Of a stretch of 64,000 nucleotides of DNA, positions 1 to 8,949 are shown piece by piece. Below the pieces are notes generated by a model that worked only from the letters and a program-made list of their open reading frames with translations, made no database searches and had not been told where the DNA came from. How positions within the stretch are numbered: position 1 is the first letter of the stretch; each line of letters begins with the position of its first letter. The DNA comes from Ignavibacteriota bacterium (GTDB lineage Bacteria > Bacteroidota > Ignavibacteria > Kapaibacteriales > UBA2268). Position numbers and translations under genes: made by a program. The stretch is from positions 1,368,423-1,432,422 of the forward strand of contig JAHBUQ010000002.1 in the NCBI GenBank assembly GCA_019637995.1, written 5' to 3'.

Positions 1-1
1 T

Positions 2-1021
2 TATCTGGAATTATCACCAGATGGTAAATGGTTACTTACAGGAGGTTATGATGGGTTTGTGAATCTGTGGAATACTGACCAGCAAAGGATTATAAGGAGA
101 ATATTATTGCCTGAGCAACAAGATAATCAAAGTTTATTTTACTCTTCATTTTCTAATGATAATAAGACTATAATCATTAATATGACAACTAAAAAACCAC
201 ATCCTTTGTTACCTACAAATGAAATGGTGTTATATGATTTATTTGAAGAAATTATTCTTAAAAAAGTACCATTTAAAAGAATTGGACATGTTCAATTCTC
301 CAATGACGGAAAGTTTTTTATTACAGGCAGTAAATTTGAGGAAAACTGTCGTATTTCTCTTTGGGATGCAAAAGAAATGACAGTAATCAGAGAATACACA
401 GACTTAGGAACAGACGATAACGGATTCAGAAAAATTCAATTATCCGACAACAATAAGCTGATTGGGCTTGCAACTCATAATTCTAATATTGTAAAAATAT
501 TAGAAACTGAAACAGGGAAAGTTGTGAAAACAAGTGAAGATGGAACAACAAGTACTAATTTCAATTTGTTGCAAAATGATTATTATTTGATATATCAATG
601 GCGAGGTGATGGTACTGTAGATTATGGGTTAAATATTTACAAGTATCCTGATATTTTTCAAAGTAGTGTGCAGCGTTATGGGTCAAATGTAATAATTTCA
701 AAATCAATACAAAATGATGACAGTGATGAGAAAATTCTTGTGTTTCAAAGTAGTATGGCTTTATTAACAAACTCAACAACTAATGTTAATGAGCCTGTAA
801 ACCACGAGTTTGTTATCACTGTTAATCCTGAAATGATATCAGTAAATTTCGATAATGCTGACAGCATCAAAATTATTGATATGAATGGCATAGTAATTTT
901 TGACAAGAAAGCAACAGAACCAAACATATCAATTCCAAATACTTTTATTGCCGGGACTTACATATGCGTGATAAAAACAGGCGACAGAGAATATTCCCAG
1001 AAATTTCAGGTAGTGAGGTAG
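2..1021 (+). CDS. WD40/beta-propeller repeat protein with T9SS C-terminal sorting domain (5' end outside window)
   Basis: Frame 2 is open from the window edge (YLELSPDGKWLLTGGYDGFVNLW..., WD40-like); first in-window Met at 59. C-terminal ~80 aa (...NTFIAGTYICVIKTGDREYSQKFQVVR) resembles Por/T9SS type-A CTD. Confidence 0.6.
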   Translation, partial: YLELSPDGKWLLTGGYDGFVNLWNTDQQRIIRRILLPEQQDNQSLFYSSFSNDNKTIIINMTTKKPHPLLPTNEMVLYDLFEEIILKKVPFKRIGHVQFSNDGKFFITGSKFEENCRISLWDAKEMTVIREYTDLGTDDNGFRKIQLSDNNKLIGLATHNSNIVKILETETGKVVKTSEDGTTSTNFNLLQNDYYLIYQWRGDGTVDYGLNIYKYPDIFQSSVQRYGSNVIISKSIQNDDSDEKILVFQSSMALLTNSTTNVNEPVNHEFVITVNPEMISVNFDNADSIKIIDMNGIVIFDKKATEPNISIPNTFIAGTYICVIKTGDREYSQKFQVVR

Positions 1022-1024
1022 GTT

Positions 1025-1489
1025 ATGACAAAGTACATAATAATACTGTTGCTTTCAGTTACATCACTACTTACTCAGAATTTTGAGCCAAGTCAAAAAT
1101 TGTTCAAATGGGGATTAACGGGCGATTCTGTTTATATTTCTTCAGATTTGGAATATTTCCGACAATCAAAGCCAATACTGGGTTGGCATTGGGCTATGGG
1201 CAAAAAAATGACAGAATCATTGGGATTTAATCAGTCCCATATAGGTGATGTAAATTCATTTAATTCAGTTGATAGTGTAGCAGGAAATATAAATGTAATT
1301 AAAAATTCGACAGGCGTGTATAGTAATGGTAATCATTTGCGTGTAATGAACACTATCGCTATGCAATGGGAGCCTACTTTACATATAAATGATGCAAAAG
1401 AACCTCTCTGCTCATCACTGTATTTATCAAATAAATATTACGATGAGTATAGAAAAGTTCTATGCTCTAATAATTTATTTCTTTATTAA
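1025..1489 (+). CDS. hypothetical secreted protein
   Basis: ORF with N-terminal hydrophobic signal-like segment (IIILLLSVTSLL); GAGGT SD-like motif ~6 nt upstream; no recognisable domain. Confidence 0.4.
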   Translation: MTKYIIILLLSVTSLLTQNFEPSQKLFKWGLTGDSVYISSDLEYFRQSKPILGWHWAMGKKMTESLGFNQSHIGDVNSFNSVDSVAGNINVIKNSTGVYSNGNHLRVMNTIAMQWEPTLHINDAKEPLCSSLYLSNKYYDEYRKVLCSNNLFLY

Positions 1490-1504
1490 TTTAGGAGTTT
1501 CGTT

Positions 1505-2812
1505 ATGAAACGGTTATGGTTTTTCTTGATGTTGTTTTTGATGTTCCAAACAGCAAAATCGCAGACTTCTGAGAGCGATACGGTATGGAGTAAATCCATC
1601 GGCAGTGAAGTTAAGGCAGTAAAATTCAGCCCAGACGGGCAGTTTATCTATGCGGCAGCTATCGGTAGAAAACCGATGAAACTAAGTACGGAAACAGGGG
1701 AAATATTACGGGAGTATGAGGAGTTCAAGTTTGAAGGAAACGTTTTCTTCATGGCAATGGACGTTTCATCAGACGGAAAATGGCTTATTTGTGGTGCTTA
1801 TGGAAATGAAATGCACATTTTTGACACAGAAACAGGTTTAAAAGTTAAAACACTTAAGGCAGACTATGAGGATAATTCGGTTTACAAATTCACAAACGTA
1901 GCAATAACCCAAGATAAACGTTCAATTATTGCTATATATACTTTTGAGGAAGGTCATAAAGTAACGATGAACGGAATCGTGATTTGGGATGCTATTAGTG
2001 GTGAATTAATCAAAACAATTGAATCCAGATGGGCTATGAAAGTTGCTGTTTCTCCAATAAATAATTACTTTTGTATAAGTTATTTTTGGTCTGAGTTAGA
2101 AGATAAACAGAGTGAAGTAGAGTTATATGACCTTAACACTTTAGAAAAAATACAGGATTTAGGTTATCATAACAAACGAATCTACGACATCGCCTTCTCC
2201 CCTGACGGCTCTTTGCTTGCATCTGGTGGTTGGGACGGAGTAATCAAAATCTGGGATGTGAACCAGAAAAAGTTGGTGAAAGAGATTAAAAATGCACATG
2301 GATTTGGTGATATTAGTGGATATGTATATTCTTTGCAATTTATTAATAATACATTGCTAGTATCAGGTGGAACCGACCATTTTAAGAATAATATCCTTTT
2401 TTGGAACTGGCATACAGAATTAAAATTACGAGACTACTTAACAATTATGCCCTATGACTTAACTATACACAACAGTAAATTAGGTATTTCTGATTATAAT
2501 AATGTAGTACTTATTGATTTCGATGAATTAGTTGGTGTAAAATCTGATAGAGTTGATGGAAAGTTTGGTAACAAGCCTAACCCTTTTCAATTAACTACGG
2601 AAATACAATTTGTATTACCATTTTCTGGTATTTACAATATTTCAATTACAGATTCATACGCTGTAGAAATAGAAATTCTTTGTAATGGTTTTCTTGAGCA
2701 GGGTGAACACAAGTTTCAATGGATTCCAAAAGGGGTTTCGAGCGGAACATATTTCTGTACTATTACAGGAAATAATTTCTCTAAAACGTTAAAAATAATG
2801 TTGGAGAAATAA
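1505..2812 (+). CDS. secreted WD40-repeat protein with T9SS C-terminal sorting domain
   Basis: Signal peptide MKRLWFFLMLFLMFQTAKS; WD40 signature (FSPDGSLLASGGWDGVIKIWDV); C-terminus ...GTYFCTITGNNFSKTLKIMLEK typical of T9SS CTD; AGGAG 9 nt upstream of ATG. Confidence 0.65.
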   Translation: MKRLWFFLMLFLMFQTAKSQTSESDTVWSKSIGSEVKAVKFSPDGQFIYAAAIGRKPMKLSTETGEILREYEEFKFEGNVFFMAMDVSSDGKWLICGAYGNEMHIFDTETGLKVKTLKADYEDNSVYKFTNVAITQDKRSIIAIYTFEEGHKVTMNGIVIWDAISGELIKTIESRWAMKVAVSPINNYFCISYFWSELEDKQSEVELYDLNTLEKIQDLGYHNKRIYDIAFSPDGSLLASGGWDGVIKIWDVNQKKLVKEIKNAHGFGDISGYVYSLQFINNTLLVSGGTDHFKNNILFWNWHTELKLRDYLTIMPYDLTIHNSKLGISDYNNVVLIDFDELVGVKSDRVDGKFGNKPNPFQLTTEIQFVLPFSGIYNISITDSYAVEIEILCNGFLEQGEHKFQWIPKGVSSGTYFCTITGNNFSKTLKIMLEK

Positions 2813-2814
2813 CA

Positions 2815-3396
2815 ATGAAAAAGCTAATTTTTTCAGTAATAATGATGTTAGTTATTGCATCTGTTTTAAAATCACAGGACAGACCGTCATCGCCATTAAC
2901 ATTTTCTTACCGTGCAAATGATACTTTGAGAGTTAATGAACCTTTAAAAAGGGAATATTTTATTCAGAAAGAAGTTATTCTCGGCACACAATGGTACGGG
3001 CATCCAAGAATGCTTAAAGCTTTGAAAATGCAGGTACAGCAAGGCACACAACCAGATGGAGCAGCTTTGCCTATTTTACCTAACAACGATTCATCAAATT
3101 ATAAAATGTATCATATTTGGGACTCAAGAAAGTATGACAATGCACTTGGTTTTGAATATAAGCCGACACTATATATATCGGAAACTGATAGAGGCAAACT
3201 AATTACAAATGCCAATGACCCATCACGTCCTATTTTTGGTTTTAGTCATAGAGACGGAACTATTGAACCTCCAATTGATTCAGGTGATGAAAACTTTCGA
3301 CTTGGTTTATACCCGAATGATTTACCTGCTTATAATCCTGATAGTGTTGTTCTAAAAAAGACTTGGATAACGTGGTTTCAGGTACTTCGTTTCTAA
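2815..3396 (+). CDS. hypothetical secreted protein
   Basis: Signal peptide MKKLIFSVIMMLVIASVLKS; GGAGA SD-like motif upstream; 3-nt gap after previous gene; no recognisable domain. Confidence 0.4.
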   Translation: MKKLIFSVIMMLVIASVLKSQDRPSSPLTFSYRANDTLRVNEPLKREYFIQKEVILGTQWYGHPRMLKALKMQVQQGTQPDGAALPILPNNDSSNYKMYHIWDSRKYDNALGFEYKPTLYISETDRGKLITNANDPSRPIFGFSHRDGTIEPPIDSGDENFRLGLYPNDLPAYNPDSVVLKKTWITWFQVLRF

Positions 3397-3663
3397 ATCT
3401 TTCGGCAATTTCTTCATATAATCATCAATCGTCTTTTGATTTGAGAAATCAATTCCTACTAAATCTGATATCGCTTTGACAAATTTATGAGGCAGAAACT
3501 CTGACCTCTCAGCTTTATATATTGGGTCTGTTGTGGAATACCCAAGTTCATCAGCCAACTGATACTGACTAATTTGATTAAAAATACGAATACATCTTAA
3601 TTCAAAACCTGTCATAATGACCAAACTATTTTGTCGGGTTTTTACAATTTTAAGTTTTTGCAA
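3352..3663 (-). CDS. XRE-family helix-turn-helix transcriptional regulator
   Basis: LRCIRIFNQISQYQLADELGYS... matches HTH_3/Cro-C1 pattern; true start probably internal Met (~3615); 3' end overlaps convergent gene by 45 nt. Confidence 0.55.
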   Translation of the reverse strand: MQKLKIVKTRQNSLVIMTGFELRCIRIFNQISQYQLADELGYSTTDPIYKAERSEFLPHKFVKAISDLVGIDFSNQKTIDDYMKKLPKDLETKYLKPRYPSLF

Positions 3664-3710
3664 AGTATTACTTTTGAAATGTGTTTATTAACATTTTTGG
3701 AAAAAGTATT

Positions 3711-4067
3711 ATGAAAGCAGCGTTAAGTTTCTTTGAAATTCCTGCTCAAAATTATGAGAGAGCAGTCAAATTCTACAGCGATGTATTTGATTTCAGTATC
3801 AATACGTGTAAATGTGAGGATGAAATAATGGGCATGATTGACTCAGAGCCGATTGCAGGCGCTATCTTCTACAAAGAAGGATACGAGCCGGGTAAAAAAG
3901 GAATAATCATATCTTTTCATTTCGCCGAAATATCTCCGATTTTAGAAAAAGTCGAAAAGTACGGTGGTGAAATATTAGTATCTAAGACTGAAATCACCGA
4001 TGAGCAGGGGCATTTTACTTTAATTATGGATTCTGAAGGTAATAGAATAGGTCTTCACTCAAAGTAA
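3711..4067 (+). CDS. VOC-family protein (glyoxalase/bleomycin-resistance fold)
   Basis: Size and pattern (MKAALSFFEIP...GHFTLIMDSEGNRIGLHSK) typical of VOC/glyoxalase-I fold; ATG at 3711 preferred over upstream GTG 3681. Confidence 0.5.
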   Translation: MKAALSFFEIPAQNYERAVKFYSDVFDFSINTCKCEDEIMGMIDSEPIAGAIFYKEGYEPGKKGIIISFHFAEISPILEKVEKYGGEILVSKTEITDEQGHFTLIMDSEGNRIGLHSK

Positions 4068-4089
4068 TTTAACCATTGAAAAGAGTAGA

Positions 4090-4296
4090 TTGATAAAATA
4101 CAATCTACTCTTTTCGTCTATATTGCAAACTATGAAAATTAAAATATTTCAACCGGCTGAACAATTAAGAGAATTTATTGATTATTATTGGCTTTTAGAG
4201 GATGATAACCGTCCCGAGAAGCAGATTCAGTATGTTTATCCTCAAGGTAATATGCAATTAATATTTCATTATGGTGAAACTTTGGAAGTTTATTGA
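4090..4296 (+). pseudogene. N-terminal remnant (~55 aa) of an AraC-family regulator ligand-binding domain, truncated
   Basis: KIFQPAEQLREFIDYYWLLE...YPQGNMQLIFHYG resembles the N-terminus of Bacteroidota-type AraC regulators; ORF stops after 68 aa with no HTH part anywhere downstream. Confidence 0.3.
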
Positions 4297-4313
4297 TTTT
4301 AACATTGCATATT

Positions 4314-4619
4314 TCAAATAATTTCAACACCTGTTCTTTTGATTGTTTCAAAGAATCCACTGTAATCTGGTTGGTCTTCTTCAAAAACTACCGGCTCAAT
4401 TCTTGAATCCAAATCACCACCCAATTTCCAAATTAAAGTATGATAATTCAAATAATCTCCCTGTATTTTATCAACAATTAATGCAACATCAATATCGCTA
4501 TAAGGAGTTTGAAGATTATTTGAATATGAACCAAACAAATACATTTTTTTTAAATTGATATGTTTCAGTAATTCGTTTCTGTAAATTTTTAATTTCTCTA
4601 TAATTTCTTCTTGAGCCAT
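4314..4619 (-). CDS. minimal nucleotidyltransferase (MNT-like antitoxin-type), apparently orphan
   Basis: LFGSYSNNLQTPYSDIDVALIV = GS...DxD nucleotidyltransferase motif; ~100 aa as in MNT of HepT/MNT pairs; no convincing HepT partner. Confidence 0.7.
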   Translation of the reverse strand: MAQEEIIEKLKIYRNELLKHINLKKMYLFGSYSNNLQTPYSDIDVALIVDKIQGDYLNYHTLIWKLGGDLDSRIEPVVFEEDQPDYSGFFETIKRTGVEII

Positions 4620-4761
4620 AAATTCATCAAAATCTCCTTAAAATTAATTAAACGTATTTTGAAAATCTATATTGTCAAATGATAATAACTTACTAACAAT
4701 ATAACGTTAAGAGTAAAATCTATATTTACTCAATTATTCAATTGATAATATGCAGTCATCG

Positions 4762-4768
4762 GATGAAT
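4762..4768. repeat. C7 homopolymer tract in promoter region of the P-type ATPase gene
   Basis: gaatcttcccccctattcc, ~75 bp upstream of the TTG start at 4843. Confidence 0.7.
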
Positions 4769-4842
4769 CTTCCCCCCTATTCCACAAAAAATCCTTTATC
4801 AATCGTCTATAGTATAGTTTTTATAATTCGGAATGAAATGTT

Positions 4843-7248
4843 TTGGCTGATTTGACTAATAAGCTGATTTGTTATCATTGTGGCGATGAATGTCCCGATG
4901 ATACGGTGAGAATAGATGAAAAATACTTTTGCTGTAATGGATGCAAAACTGTCCACGAATTGCTTGCAGATGTTGAACTTGGCGAAGTGTTTAAAGAAAC
5001 AAGAGTTGCAGGTATTAAATCCTCAAAGTATAAAGAAAAAGAATTTGAATTCCTTGACGACAGAAAAATTATTGACAAAATTATTCATTTCTCTATTGAA
5101 GGCAGAGCAAAAGTAACTCTCTATCTTCCGCAAGTTTATTGCAGTGCCTGTCTGTATTTAGTCGAAAATTTGAACAAACTTGATAAAGGAATAATTGATT
5201 CAAAAGTAAATTTTTTGAAGAAAGAAGCTACTATACTATTTGATGAAAATCTGACTACACTAAGAAAAATCGTTGAGCTACTTACAGCAATCGGCTACCG
5301 CCCACAACTAAATTATGCTGACATCGAAAAGCCAAAGCAAGCCGGATATAACAAAAAATTGTATCTCAAGCTTGGTCTTGCAGGATTTGCTTTTGGAAAT
5401 GTTATGCTTATGGCACTGCCGGAATATCTTTCAGGTGGTAATCTTGAGCCGGATATTAAGCAATTTATGGGTTATTTGACGATGCTACTTTCAATTCCCG
5501 CAATGTATGCCTCTACAGATTATTTCAAATCAGCAATCACCAGTCTGAAGGTCGGACATATAAATATTGATTTCCCGTTAAGTTTGGGAATTTTGGTGCT
5601 TTTTCTTCGGAGTATCTTTGATATTGCATTAGGGTATGGTTCGGGATTTGTGGATTCGCTTTCGGGACTTGTATTTTTCTTGTTAATCGGTAAAATATTT
5701 CAGCAGAAAACTTATCATAATCTTTCATTTTCAAGGGATTACAAGTCTTACTTCCCACTTTCGGTGGTGCGACTTCACGGAGATGCTGAAGAGTATGCAG
5801 CTATTTCAGAAGTTAATGTCGGCGATAGATTATTAATTAGAAATAACGAAATTATTCCTGCTGATTCAATTTTGCTTTCAGGCAACGGAATGATAGATTA
5901 CAGCTTTGTTACAGGAGAATCTAATCCTGTGCAGGTTAATTCGGGAGATAAAATTTTCGCAGGTGGAAAGCAAGCCGGAAATTCAATCACGGTTGAAACG
6001 ATTAAACCCTTTAATCAAAGTTATTTAACAGAATTATGGAACTCTGATGCTTTCAAAAAATTTGATGAGAGTTATATTTCCAATATATCAAATCGGGCTG
6101 CAAAATATTTTACCCTTGTAATATTTATTGTAGCAGCGGGAACACTTGCTTACTGGCTTCCGATTGACTTTGGTACTGCTATGGATGCCGTTACAACTGT
6201 GCTGATTATTGCCTGCCCTTGTGCGATTGCACTTAGTATGCCTTTTACTTACGGTACAGCGATGCGGATTTTAGGAAAAAACAAGTTTTATCTTAAAAAT
6301 GATAAAATTGTGGAATATCTGAGTAATCTCAAAACAGTTGTGTTTGATAAAACAGGTACTATTACAGAACTAAACTCAAATACGCCTGAATTTGAAGGTG
6401 GAACACTTTCTAATGATGAGCTTAATGCAATTAAATCAATCACAAGAAATTCAACTCACCCAATTAGCAGAATGATATTTGACAGTATTGATTCTAAATA
6501 TTCTGAAATTAAGGATTTTGAAGAAGTTGCCGGCAAAGGTATTGAAGCAATAATCAATGGAAAAACATACAAACTTGGCAGTGCTAAATGGGTGGATGCT
6601 ATGGGAATGAGCATAAAAAGCAGCAGTAAATTTTCTCCGGAGAGCCGTGTATATTTGTCAATTGACGGCAATGCGAAAGGTGCTTTTATAATTAAATCAC
6701 GTATGAGAACCGGCATAGAGCAAATTGTTTCAGAAATAAAAAGCGACCACAAAATTATAATTTTATCCGGTGATAACCCAACTGAAAAAGCATCACTTGA
6801 AGCAGCATTGGGAACAGATATTGATATGCACTTCAACAGATTACCGCAAGATAAACTCAATTTCATAAAGGATTTGCAGGCAAAAGGTGAAAAAGTCATG
6901 ATGATTGGCGATGGGCTTAATGATGCAGGTGCTTTGCGTCAAAGTGATGTGGGTATTGCGGTTACAGATAATACTTCAAATTTCACTCCCGGCTCAGATG
7001 CTATTCTGGTCGCTGATTCTATGAATCTGCTGAATAAATTTATAATGCTTTCAAGAAAAAGCGTTAATACAATTTACTGGAGTTATGTGATTTCTGTGCT
7101 TTATCATGGAATAGGTTTTTACTTTGCAACACAAGCATTATTATCGCCTCTTATCGCGGCAATTCTGATGCCGGTCAGTTCAGTTTCAGTCGTATTGCTT
7201 ACAGTCAGCAAAGTTACTTTGCACAGCAAGAAGTTGGGACTGAAGTGA
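4843..7248 (+). CDS. heavy-metal (Cu+-type) translocating P1B-type ATPase
   Basis: TTG start. N-terminal Cys-rich metal-binding region (CYHCGDEC...CCNGC). CPC in TM6 (IIACPCAIALSMP), DKTGT phosphorylation motif, GDGLNDAGAL hinge. Confidence 0.85.
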   Translation: MADLTNKLICYHCGDECPDDTVRIDEKYFCCNGCKTVHELLADVELGEVFKETRVAGIKSSKYKEKEFEFLDDRKIIDKIIHFSIEGRAKVTLYLPQVYCSACLYLVENLNKLDKGIIDSKVNFLKKEATILFDENLTTLRKIVELLTAIGYRPQLNYADIEKPKQAGYNKKLYLKLGLAGFAFGNVMLMALPEYLSGGNLEPDIKQFMGYLTMLLSIPAMYASTDYFKSAITSLKVGHINIDFPLSLGILVLFLRSIFDIALGYGSGFVDSLSGLVFFLLIGKIFQQKTYHNLSFSRDYKSYFPLSVVRLHGDAEEYAAISEVNVGDRLLIRNNEIIPADSILLSGNGMIDYSFVTGESNPVQVNSGDKIFAGGKQAGNSITVETIKPFNQSYLTELWNSDAFKKFDESYISNISNRAAKYFTLVIFIVAAGTLAYWLPIDFGTAMDAVTTVLIIACPCAIALSMPFTYGTAMRILGKNKFYLKNDKIVEYLSNLKTVVFDKTGTITELNSNTPEFEGGTLSNDELNAIKSITRNSTHPISRMIFDSIDSKYSEIKDFEEVAGKGIEAIINGKTYKLGSAKWVDAMGMSIKSSSKFSPESRVYLSIDGNAKGAFIIKSRMRTGIEQIVSEIKSDHKIIILSGDNPTEKASLEAALGTDIDMHFNRLPQDKLNFIKDLQAKGEKVMMIGDGLNDAGALRQSDVGIAVTDNTSNFTPGSDAILVADSMNLLNKFIMLSRKSVNTIYWSYVISVLYHGIGFYFATQALLSPLIAAILMPVSSVSVVLLTVSKVTLHSKKLGLK

Positions 7249-7272
7249 GAGTTTAAGTGTCAGTCATAATCA

Positions 7273-7383
7273 CTATTCCCTTCTTCTGAATTTCATCTCT
7301 TGAGAGCATACTGTTGTTGTAGTTATCAATAGTGCAAGAATTACAGATAAATCAGAATTACTCATAACATTTATTTTTGTCAT
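7273..7383 (-). other. 36-codon ORF created by duplicated 5' end of OMP gene (MTKINVMSNSDLSV... then divergent)
   Basis: First 17 codons identical to codons 15-31 of gene 8108..8947 because of a 69-bp repeat; may be a gene fragment rather than a real gene. Confidence 0.2.
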
Positions 7384-7400
7384 AAAAATAATAATCAGTA
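7332..7400. repeat. 69-bp direct repeat, copy 1 (intergenic), 68/69 identical to 8854..8922
   Basis: gtgcaaga[a/c]ttacagataaatcagaattactcataacatttatttttgtcataaaaataataatcagta read directly in both places. Confidence 0.85.
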
Positions 7401-7502
7401 GGTTTTGACAATTATGTCAATTCAAAATAATTAGAAAATTTCATAATAACCTCGATTTTCCCAAGAATCAAATATGCTCTTCTGCATTACTGGTCTGGAG
7501 TT

Positions 7503-8003
7503 TTAAATTAGAAACTCTTCTTTATCTAATGCAAAATTGAAATGAGCTTCTGTTAAAGAACAATAGGGGGGGGTAAATATTATTCTTAGTTTACGCTTAA
7601 TTTTGAAAATTCTTTGTCGGGCTGTATTATTGGAAATATTGTAAAATTCTGAAATTTCATTGTAGCTATAACCGATAAAATGCATTTCAATTATTTCTCT
7701 TTCATCTTTTGTAAGAGCTTGCATAAGCATATTATAGGTTAAATTTTCTTCAATTGAGGGATAATCCGGTAAATAACAAAAATAATCGAAATCAATATAA
7801 TTACATCCACATTGCTCAGCTATAATACTGAGAGGCATATATTTTGAGTATTTTCTGTTTGAATTATTTAATAGATAGCAAATTGTCTTGTTTAACCATG
7901 CTTCTTTCATCTTCTTTTCAAGGTTTAAGCCCTTTTCAATATATAAAAGTTCTGCATCTTGTTTTGCATCTTCCCATTCCGGATGATGATAATAATTATC
8001 CAT
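7503..8003 (-). CDS. sigma-70 region-4-like HTH protein (atypical/ECF-like sigma or LuxR-like regulator)
   Basis: C-terminal LTKDEREIIEMHFIGYSYNEISEFYNISNNTARQRIFKIKRKL matches sigma region 4 HTH; no convincing region 2 seen; contains a G8/C8 homopolymer near its 3' end. Confidence 0.45.
   Translation of the reverse strand: MDNYYHHPEWEDAKQDAELLYIEKGLNLEKKMKEAWLNKTICYLLNNSNRKYSKYMPLSIIAEQCGCNYIDFDYFCYLPDYPSIEENLTYNMLMQALTKDEREIIEMHFIGYSYNEISEFYNISNNTARQRIFKIKRKLRIIFTPPYCSLTEAHFNFALDKEEFLI
7566..7573. repeat. G8 (C8 on coding strand) homopolymer tract near 3' end of sigma-like gene
   Basis: caatagggggggg taaat; encodes TPPY 11 codons before the stop of gene 7503..8003; longest G/C run in the window. 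Confidence 0.8.
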
Positions 8004-8107
8004 AAAAAAACCAAATTAATTTAAATACTATTATGTATTATTTTTTCGTCTATTCTTTTAAATTTGTTAAAAAAACTCCACAAATATAAGAATATTATTC
8101 AATATAA

Positions 8108-8947
8108 TCAAATTTTTGTTATAAATCCGATTCTAAAACTTTGTTGAATTTGAATTTTTTTCATTTGATTATGGTCATAAAACAGATTCATTCTGATAAT
8201 TAAACCTAAGTAACCCCATATCATCAAATTTAAATCATTTTCAAATCTTACCAGCCAAATATCAAGGTTCTCAATATCACCAAAAAGTGATAGTTTTGTT
8301 GTCAATGTTGCTGACTTGTCAATTCTGTAGCTTAATGTATTATTTATATCAATTCCTGTTTTGCTTTTATACTTCTCTTTTATATGGAATGTTCTTGGGT
8401 CATTCGTCAAAGTAGTGTATAAATCTGCTCTGATTTGCATTAAAGATAAACCAATCCTTATATCATTTTTCAGAAGTGAATCCTTTATACTGTAAGCAAG
8501 ACCAAATGACTGTTGTGTAGTAATAGGATCCCAAAATTTTGCTGTTTTGAACTTTTTTTTATTTGCGATTAACATTGATTCTGTAACCTGTGTTCTGGCG
8601 TTTGCTGAAATGTAAGGGTCAATTAATAATCCTGCCGGATATTTAACTACAGATTCACCAAAAACTTCATTATCGGTCGGTAATATATATGACTTATCTA
8701 ATTTACTGCTTTTATCATATCTTACTCCAATTGCTAATCTTGAATTAATACTTATGTCAAAAACTGAAATATTAAAGACTTCTTTTAAACTATGTATAAG
8801 ACTCACATCCAGTGTACTTCTTTCTCCGCTCATAAAGTCAGCGTTATAACCCTGTGCAAGACTTACAGATAAATCAGAATTACTCATAACATTTATTTTT
8901 GTCATAAAAATAATAATCAGTATATATTTAAAATTTTTAAGTAGCAC
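8108..8947 (-). CDS. hypothetical outer-membrane beta-barrel-like protein
   Basis: Signal peptide (KYILIIIFMTKINVMS) plus alternating amphipathic segments, ~280 aa; 2-nt gap to upstream TlpA-like gene. Confidence 0.4.
   Translation of the reverse strand: MLLKNFKYILIIIFMTKINVMSNSDLSVSLAQGYNADFMSGERSTLDVSLIHSLKEVFNISVFDISINSRLAIGVRYDKSSKLDKSYILPTDNEVFGESVVKYPAGLLIDPYISANARTQVTESMLIANKKKFKTAKFWDPITTQQSFGLAYSIKDSLLKNDIRIGLSLMQIRADLYTTLTNDPRTFHIKEKYKSKTGIDINNTLSYRIDKSATLTTKLSLFGDIENLDIWLVRFENDLNLMIWGYLGLIIRMNLFYDHNQMKKIQIQQSFRIGFITKI
8854..8922. repeat. 69-bp direct repeat, copy 2 (5' coding end of OMP gene 8108..8947)
   Basis: Same string as at 7332..7400; covers codons ~9-31 (signal peptide) of the OMP gene. 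Confidence 0.85.
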
Positions 8948-8949
8948 AT

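Noticed and set aside
4175-4384. 69-aa minus-strand ORF overlapping the MNT gene's 3' end, considered as a HepT toxin partner
   Set aside because: Too short; lacks the HepT Rx4HxY motif; fully overlaps the more convincing AraC-N-like ORF on the other strand.
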